From Trichoplax sp. H2 (taxonomy: Eukaryota): 20,000 nucleotides of DNA. The notes under the pieces are model-generated. The model was not told the origin of the DNA, did not search any database, and saw only the letters and a list, made by a program, of their open reading frames with translations. The DNA lies in NCBI GenBank assembly GCA_003344405.1, contig NOWV01000210.1, positions 107,252-127,251 of the forward strand, written 5' to 3'. The translations under genes were made by a program, and so were the position numbers. This document shows, one piece after another, positions 13,304-20,000 of the stretch (position 1 is the first letter of the stretch; the number at the start of each line of letters is the position of its first letter).

Positions 13304-13434
13304 ATGGCACCACGAGGGAAAAAAGGCAAAAATTCAGCCCTTCGCAAAGCAACTAATGGTGGTAGTACTACCAAGAAACTTAAAGCCAAGAGAGCAAAAG
13401 CTCAAGCTGTGCGAAAATTTGTTATTGAAAGAAG
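13304..13434 (+). CDS. SELENOH: SelH exon 1 (basic N-terminal tail, ending VIER plus AG)
   Basis: ATG at 13304; Lys/Arg-rich open frame; donor AG|gtacgt at 13435. Confidence 0.88.
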
Positions 13435-14656
13435 GTACGTACGTAAAGGATGAGATCGCTGATGCGCTATCTCTGCAATCTCGCTATGCTAGTCATGATT
13501 GAATGAAAGTCAACTGGCTGGAATATAGGCGAGTAATAGTAATGTTTATGTTAAATACCTCCAATAACTAGCACGGCTAGATAGAAATGATAAGCAAAAT
13601 TGAATTTTACACCAGTTGCAAGGAGCTAAAGCTCCGTCATTAAACTACAGTACGTACTGCACTAGCTGTGATAAATTTTAGTTAAAAGATTAGCCGACGC
13701 AATAATGAATCAGCTCACTAAATCGTAATTGTTAGTTGCCCAGGTCATTTTACTACAATGCGATAGGATCCCAATACTTGATCCAGGTACAATGATTATA
13801 CCTGCAACGCAGATATGCTTTTTCTCAGACTATGGTATTAGATCATACATCGGCTGCACAATGTACATACTGTATGATCGTATATACTAGATTTATTGAC
13901 AGCTTACCATGAACTGGATTTCGTGCATGTATTTCATTGACTGTGCTGATACGAGTATTCTTATTAACTCTAAAATTCAATTTCTACTATGAATGGACTT
14001 TGTAAGTGTTGTATCTATACTAACGTCGCCAATCTACTATCACAATAATTGAAATAGACCACTATCGCTAGCAATGAAGGCAGGCCAAATACATATTTTG
14101 CTATCAATCTCAGCGAAATCGAGCCTGTTGATACTATACGAGTATATATGTATATGTTATATATATGTGGGTAGCAAGAGATTTTAGTGCTCTTTGCTAT
14201 GGCCAAAGCTTACAGCTGCTCTATCGATTTCCATTAGTATGACTTGACGTATATATAGGCGTAAAGCTGAAGAACTTACGCAAGCGTTGCAAGAAACATT
14301 TCCCAACGTAGAAGTAAGTATTAACCCTGAGAAAGCTCGGCCTGCAAGTTTCGAATGTCAAATGGTGACTGAGGAAGGCAACGGTATGTAGAGCTGAAGT
14401 TCTTGATGTTTCGACTACAACGATTAGTTGATTTGCAGATTCTTTACTACCCAAATTAAGATCTTGTATCAGCTATATTATGACCCTTTGTATCGAACAT
14501 CGTACATCTTGTTCCTTTTACTTTTTAATTGACAAATCTAATTTTATGCTCGTGCGTATATTAGAGATTCTGTTGTGGACTGGCATTAAACGATTAAAGA
14601 AAGTCAAGTTTCCTGAACCCAAAGAAGTAATTGATGCTGCCAAAACGGCTTTGTAA
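13304..14656 (+). CDS. SELENOH: Selenoprotein H (Rdx/SelW-type thioredoxin-like fold), 122 aa; join(13304..13434,14238..14383,14565..14656); TGA 14245-14247 read as Sec47
   Basis: Spliced translation: MAPRGKKGKNSALRKATNGGSTTKKLKAKRAKAQAVRKFVIERSMTURIYRRKAEELTQALQETFPNVEVSINPEKARPASFECQMVTEEGNEILLWTGIKRLKKVKFPEPKEVIDAAKTAL*. It matches recalled SelH hallmarks (MAPRG start, VIE-x-C/S-x-x-U-R-x-Y, V/INPxK..SFE, LWTGIK..KFPEP). Both introns are GT-AG with consistent phases (2 and 1). Exons sum to 131+146+92=369 nt. A SECIS lies downstream. Confidence 0.93.
14238..14383 (+). CDS. SELENOH: SelH exon 2, containing the in-frame Sec TGA
   Basis: Acceptor ttccattag|T, then ATG ACT TGA CGT ATA TAT; the frame stays open and SelH-like after the TGA; donor G|gtatgt at 14384. 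Confidence 0.93.
14565..14656 (+). CDS. SELENOH: SelH exon 3 (EILLWTGIKRLKKVKFPEPKEVIDAAKTAL*)
   Basis: Acceptor attag|AG; LWTGIK and KFPEP motifs; TAA at 14654-14656. Confidence 0.93.
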
Positions 14657-14843
14657 TCTAAGCATTGCCAATTAGTTTATTCTCAATTTTTCGAGTAAAT
14701 AATAGTAATGTTAACTTTATCCGCTAGTAATTGTTATTTAAGATCTGTAATTATGATGTGTAGCCAAACTCGATTATCAATAACTTGCTCAATTTACTGT
14801 TTTTGCATAAGCTCAAATGGCTATTCTATCGTACGGCGCGTCC

Positions 14844-14931
14844 ATTCAGCGAGTGTAGTTCCATGACAATGATTGGTGAAACGGATTTTAGTCTGTCCAT
14901 GATTTTGATACATAAACTGTGTTCACTGAGT
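14844..14931 (+). promoter_or_regulatory. Eukaryotic SECIS element (type II-like) in the SelH 3' UTR
   Basis: Folded by hand. Helix I pairs attcagcgagtgtagtt (14844-14860) with aactgtgttcactgagt (14915-14931), with one C-A mismatch and several G-U pairs. Core ATGAC (14863-14867) faces TGAT (14906-14909). Unpaired AAA (14879-14881) sits 12 nt after ATGA. Apical mini-stem cgga/tctg. Confidence 0.8.
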
Positions 14932-14937
14932 AATAAA
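14932..14937 (+). promoter_or_regulatory. Candidate polyadenylation signal (AATAAA) for SelH
   Basis: AATAAA immediately 3' of the SECIS stem. Confidence 0.55.
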
Positions 14938-15123
14938 AAGTGCCATGTATACATCTATTATATCCTTATATTAGCCGAACGTGTACCCTACTGTATGTAC
15001 TTACAAACTCATTTCTAACATATACGTACTTATGCAGATATGTTAAAACGTGATAAATTTGATGGTAATCACGAATATATTACTATAGGTATATTACAGT
15101 AAGACAAAACCGTGCATTAATAG

Positions 15124-16333
15124 AATCCATTACAAAAGGAGATTGGATCGTCGGCAATAGCAAATCTAGAAATTTAATATTGGCATCATAACACGATAAA
15201 ATCAAGTTGGTTGCCATTACGGTACAAAAGTAAGATAGGTTTGAGTAAAAGTATAGGAATAGCTGAAATAGCACAGGAATGCATGATGTAGTGAAATTTT
15301 CGCTGCAAATTTATGATTGTATTGTATAACATGCATAACTGAAATATTGTACTCTTGGTAACATCTACAACTGATTCAATTACTTTACACGATACTAATG
15401 ACAAAAACGATTCTAATTACTTACTTATTCATAGTTGATACAGCTTAAAACAGAAGTTTATTAGTGTATGAGTGTAGTTTTGTATTTATTATTGTTTCTT
15501 ACTAATCTACTAGTAATATTTTTTTATGACACTAGCACGATTGTAATTTAAAAAACTCTTCCAAGTTAAAAATTTGTCATAAATCGTTTCTAGACCCTAA
15601 CTTGTAAAAATAATCTCTTTGCTACCCTTTAATACACTGAGGGCATGCATGGGCCAGCAAGTAGCGAAATCTGAAAATCTAACTATGGTACTGCTAATTA
15701 CTGAAGGTACTCCGACTAAAGCACTATGGTACACTTACGATTCGATTTCTTCACTTAGTTGNNNNNNNNNNNNNNNNNNNNAATCCATTACAAAAGGAGA
15801 TTGGATCGTCGGTAATAGCAAATCTAGAAATTTAATATTGGCATCATAACACGATAAAATCAAGTTGGTTGCCATTACGGTACAAAAGTAAGATAGGTTT
15901 GAGTAAAAGTATAGGAATAGCTGAAATAGCACAGGAATGCATGATGTAGTGAAATTTTCGCTGCAAATTTATGATTGTATTGTATAACATGCATAACTAT
16001 TCAGAGTTGATACAGCTTAAAACAGAAGTTTATTAGTGTATGAGTGTAGTTTTGTATTTATTATTGTTTCTTACTAATCTACTAGTAATATTTTTTTATG
16101 ACACTAGCACGATTGTAATTTAAAAAACTCTTCCAAGTTAAAAATTTGTCATAAATCGTTTCTAGACCCTAACTTGTAAAAATAATCTCTTTGCTACCCT
16201 TTAATACACTGAGGGCATGCATGGGCCAGCAAGTAGCGAAATCTGAAAATCTAACTATGGTACTGCTAATTACTGAAGGTACTCCGACTAAAGCACTATG
16301 GTACACTTACGATTCGATTTCTTCACTTAGTTG
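15124..16333. repeat. Near-identical tandem copies 15124-15761 / 15782-16333 flanking a 20-N gap; probable uncollapsed haplotypes
   Basis: The copies abut the N run at 15762-15781 and differ by an 86-nt indel and at least two substitutions. Confidence 0.9.
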
Positions 16334-16879
16334 CAGTAATCAACTGCTATAGAATATCAATTATAATTACAGCGAGTATCATCTTACACGTATGCTATTT
16401 CTGCTACTTGGTTCTCTCAAACTTACTAAAGCTACACTGAGGCTAACAACTACAATTTCGGTGATATGCTAACTAAGCAGCTTCAGTATAACAAATATAA
16501 AATCATAACACTCTTGATTTCGTTTTTATAATCAGCTGTATAAATTCATTTGTAACCATCTTCTTGACGTACTCGCTAGAAGAAAACTTTCCTACAATAG
16601 TATATCATAACTCGAGAATTCTCTAATATTTATTGCATTCGGCTTTGATCATAGTTTCGTTTACATTTATTTAACAGAACTCTACATGCAGTTTAAAAAT
16701 TGCTTTCTTAAGATTCATTAAAAGAATTAAATTGAAAAAGTTTAAAATTTAGAACGATCGTCGCACTACAAATAAACGTTGCGATAACTAGCAATGAATT
16801 ATTCTTGTACTAGTGCAATAATATCCTCATAGTTGACACCTATTCAATAATCACTTGGAGGTGTAATGTTGTTATTGCT

Positions 16880-17251
16880 TTACGCATCAGAGAAGTAGAA
16901 TTTTTTAGAAAGAGAACTTTCAAACAATGGTTGCTGCATATAAGACTTGCTTTCTTCGTTAATTACATAATTTTGTAGCCTACGGTTTACATTAGTTAGC
17001 ATATCCAATAAATCGAAACTTTTATAATTCGATTCCAGTTCTCTTACTAATTCCTGAATGAACCACGATCCATTTTCTGGATCCCTTAAGGACTGAAAAT
17101 TCTGTACGGTAGAGTAAGCCATTAGAAAATCACTGTAGGGATGCCTCAAATTACCAGGTTTATCGGAATTACTGATATTATCCGTCGCATATAAAGTGCC
17201 TGAAGGATTTGGAACGGGGACACCTTCACCCTGATCGTCACCACGGCAAGC
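16880..17251 (-). CDS. Caspase coding exon 5 (catalytic Cys, linker, p10)
   Basis: Acceptor actgtag|GCT TGC CGT GGT (ACRG); 372 nt open to TAA at 16880-16882. Confidence 0.95.
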   Translation of the reverse strand, partial: ACRGDDQGEGVPVPNPSGTLYATDNISNSDKPGNLRHPYSDFLMAYSTVQNFQSLRDPENGSWFIQELVRELESNYKSFDLLDMLTNVNRRLQNYVINEESKSYMQQPLFESSLSKKFYFSDA

Positions 17252-19852
17252 CTACAGTAGACCCGAAAAATATAAATAATTAAATAATAGATAATTAAGA
17301 TATCAAATATGATACTATATCTCGCTCTTTAGATCTGTTCAATTTCTATAGATAATTTGAAGAGAACAGTACCCTTAATTACAACATGAAGGTAAACTAG
17401 AAATTATATGTAAATCATTCACAGTAAGTACGGCATTGAAAAAATAAATAATTTCCAATTTCCACGATTACTTTCCATGCCGGTATATGTACGGGCACGT
17501 TAAATTCATCTGTCAAAAATAGATGCACCTGTGTAATAAAAATCTTTGGCTTTCCCACCAATGACGGGCATTTATGGCCGGAAAATTGATCATATACATC
17601 TTGTAGATAAATTTCACCGCTGTCTTTCGCAATTATACAATCTACAACATCTTTTTTGTCGTTCTTGTCAGTTATAAGTTTTCTGTTACCATGGCTAAGA
17701 AAAACGCAGATAAAGCTATCGTAGTTGACGTGTGCACCAGTAGCAGAATACTCTTGGATTTTCTGTTCAATTTCTGCCTTACTTAAACTGTCCCAAATTT
17801 TAGGCGCGTAATTGAATTTAGAAAAGATCTTCTCTAATGCTAGTGCATCTTTCCAACTACCCTCTCTTGGTTTGCTGTTCGTGTAATTTCTAAGCAATTT
17901 AAATGAATGTTGAAAGAATTGAATAAAAAATTTAATAGCAGTGTAAATTGATGCCTTTTATTGAAATAATTGATTGTTTACAAATTAGACTAATTATTTT
18001 TCCAATAGACTAACCTGTGCAATTCAAATGGTTACATAGAAAATTTACTGAAGAAATATACTGCATACTAAATGCTAATACAGTAATATCAGAATAACAG
18101 CTCAGTTATTTGATCGAATTTGTCTCTAACTCATTATCATTATTCTACGAAGTAAAAGTTGATCTAGAACTAGACTTGAGTACTCTGCAATGAGTTGGTA
18201 ATAACTAACGTGCTGTATATAAGCGCTAAAGATTACAGAGATATTTAAATGACTAAACATACCCCTACTAGGACAGCAGAATATGCTATAATAGCCAAAT
18301 AACACTAACTGCTGATATTATAATCAGCAAAAGAGTAGTTACAAGTGACTAAAATTAATATATAATTCACAATGAGAAACAAAAATATGTGTACTTTAAA
18401 TAAAGTTGAAGAAAGTTGTATTCATAATAAGCATACAAGTATCTACTTTCGCCGCTTAGATTATCTCAACATAATAATAAAATTACTTTTATTTTTACCC
18501 ACATTTCGCGACAGAGAATAAATCGATTTCAAATAATTTACTTATTTTTAATCATACATAACGTACTCACACTTGGTTAAATATCACAGCAATTCCATGA
18601 GGTTTTTTATTCATTAAATAACAAGGCATCTTCGTCAACTTTTGAGGACTTGTTGCAGGACCGCTCAAACAATTGCCTAGAATTTTGATCAGACGAAAGT
18701 ATATACTAATTTACGCAAACATGTCGGTAGGAATTAAAATAAAGAATATTACAGACACTGAAGGATAGATGAATAGATATTGATGTAACATAATTATATA
18801 AATATTCTTAATCGTATTTGTGATCACATAATTAATTTTAATTTGATAATAGATATTTATCTGATAACGGTTGCTAATATTTATAATCATCTTCCTGTCC
18901 TTACCATCTCCTGCGTAAGATCTGTCTTCTCTTTGAGCAGTGGTAAATAAACCTGGCTTAGCCTGACGAAGGAGATAACCAAAGATTTTAACATACTCTT
19001 CCCCTTTTTTTGAAATTTCTTCCCAAGTGTCATTTATCATTCTGTTTCAGAAATTAACGAGCTTAAACTTTCATACATATTCTAATGTTATCTGAACGAG
19101 AAAGGGAAACTTAATTCTTGATCAATTTACGTTAATGATATCATCTAGCATATTCTCAAATTACTACAAACGATGAAGTAGTAGTTTAAGATAGGTATTA
19201 TTACACCAATGGAGAGATGAACTATGAATTTCGTTTTCAATCCGACTTAAATTTCTAAAAATTTCCAAAGCATCTTATGATCTAAAGTTTCGAGTACCGA
19301 TCTATAGTTATAAGTACCGCAGTAATTCTGTATCTGTAACATTACTAGTAACAATGCTGACTAAATTAGTAATATATGAGACATATCATGAATAATTATC
19401 CTGTGCATCTGTGGTCTATAATATTACTTTTGAAGGAAAACGGAAGATACCAATAAGAATTTCTTTTAAACCTCAATATAAGTATATCGAATCATTAACT
19501 GAAATTAAATTCTATACAATTGTGAAGATTGAACATGCGATTCTTGTATCATTCTTTAAAAAGCAGGGGGAAGTTTATACCAACACATATATCACATCAT
19601 ATTGTGTGGTAAATAAAGGCCTGTAAAATTTTTGGACCACAATTATTCTAAGTAAAAGAAGAGAATAACATACTTGTAACGGTTGCTTTCGCCCTGAAAT
19701 TGGTAATATTTAGTTTTACTTATGATCTTCTTTTGGTAAAGCTGGTGGTTAATCTGATTTAATTCTTGCTGGGTCAGACCATAGAGTGTGCGAAGATCTA
19801 CTCCAAGTATCTCGCTCATTTTATCATCACTTAATCTATCTTCCCAACTCAT
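16880..19852 (-). CDS. Caspase (peptidase C14A) with a probable N-terminal CARD, initiator-like, about 384 aa; complement(join(16880..17251,17529..17889,18571..18676,18905..19041,19674..19852))
   Basis: Five exons with GT-AG introns in consistent phases (2,1,2,0), total 1155 nt. p20 start CYLMNKKPHGIAVIFNQ..REGSWKD; catalytic His in FLSHG (17691-17693); CPSLVGKPKIFITQ|ACRG (Cys at 17246-17248); p10 DFLMAYST..SLRDPENGSWFIQEL..QQP..SSLSKKFYF. An acceptor at 19862-19863 means a further upstream exon (UTR or coding) may lie outside the window. Confidence 0.92.
17529..17889 (-). CDS. Caspase coding exon 4 (p20 core, catalytic His)
   Basis: Acceptor cttag|A; REGS, FLSHG and KPKIFITQ motifs; donor CAG|gtgcat. 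Confidence 0.95.
18571..18676 (-). CDS. Caspase coding exon 3 (start of p20); not in the ORF track
   Basis: Acceptor ttctag|GC; NCLSGPATSPQKLTKMPCYLMNKKPHGIAVIFNQ; donor GT|gtgagt. Confidence 0.9.
18905..19041 (-). CDS. Caspase coding exon 2 (second part of CARD-like region plus linker)
   Basis: Acceptor aaacag|A; MINDTWEEISKKGEEYVKIFGYLLRQAKPGLF...YAGD; donor G|gtaagg. Confidence 0.8.
19674..19852 (-). CDS. Caspase coding exon 1 (prodomain, first part of CARD-like region)
   Basis: MSWEDRLSDDKMSEILG...YYQFQGESNRY; donor AA|gtatgt; upstream acceptor tttcag| at 19862. Confidence 0.7.
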
Positions 19853-20000
19853 TTCTTCAGCCTGAAATGCAATCACCACTATTTAATGAATCATAATTAC
19901 ATAATCATCATTCTTTCCAATTTAGTACTATATGAACAGTAATTTACTTTTGATTGAATTAACAAGTATCATTTTAATTATTAACAAATACTAGAATTAA

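Noticed and set aside
12912..13502. ORFs 12912-13244, 13111-13356 and 13281-13502 (YCTV-rich peptides)
   Set aside because: They are translations of the GTAC simple repeat or wrong-frame overlaps of SelH exon 1, whose real frame starts at ATG 13304.
14245..14247. Reading the TGA as a pseudogene nonsense mutation
   Set aside because: It sits at the family's Sec position, the downstream exons and splice sites are intact, and a SECIS is present.
14221..14454. Minus-strand 77-aa ORF
   Set aside because: It is the antisense shadow of SelH exon 2 and has no recognisable motif.
14785..15018. Plus-strand 77-aa ORF
   Set aside because: It starts at TTG and overlaps the SelH 3' UTR and SECIS; the RNA structure explains the region better.
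15083..15932. Apparent duplicated small genes (MLFQLFLYF...) and ORFs crossing Ns
   Set aside because: They arise from the gap-flanked duplication, have non-ATG starts or cross the gap, and show no homology cues.
19570..19620. Possible extra caspase exon after the acceptor-like ttttacag at 19621
   Set aside because: All three frames stop within about 16 codons, and direct splicing of 19674 to 19041 already gives a coherent CARD-like sequence.
13304..19852. A functional SelH-caspase redox/apoptosis gene cluster
   Set aside because: Convergent adjacency in a compact eukaryotic genome is not evidence of shared function without conserved synteny or co-expression.

Overview
This is AT-rich eukaryotic (animal) genomic DNA with short GT-AG introns. 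The style suggests a compact early-branching metazoan genome such as a placozoan, but that is inference only. Three protein-coding genes are supported. (1) An intronless orphan class A GPCR (6811-7827, -). (2) A three-exon selenoprotein H gene (13304-14656, +) absent from the ORF track because it is spliced and has an in-frame TGA (Sec) at 14245-14247; a SECIS hairpin (about 14844-14931) and an AATAAA follow it. (3) A five-exon CARD-type caspase (16880-19852, -) with intact SHG/QACRG catalytic motifs. The most unusual points are that this SelH has SxxU (S-M-T-U) instead of the canonical CxxU, and that its SECIS appears to carry two stacked UGAN/NGAN quartets. The window also holds a degenerate 89-93 bp tandem repeat, a GTAC-palindrome cluster upstream of SelH, and near-identical duplications beside three 20-N gaps that look like uncollapsed haplotypes.
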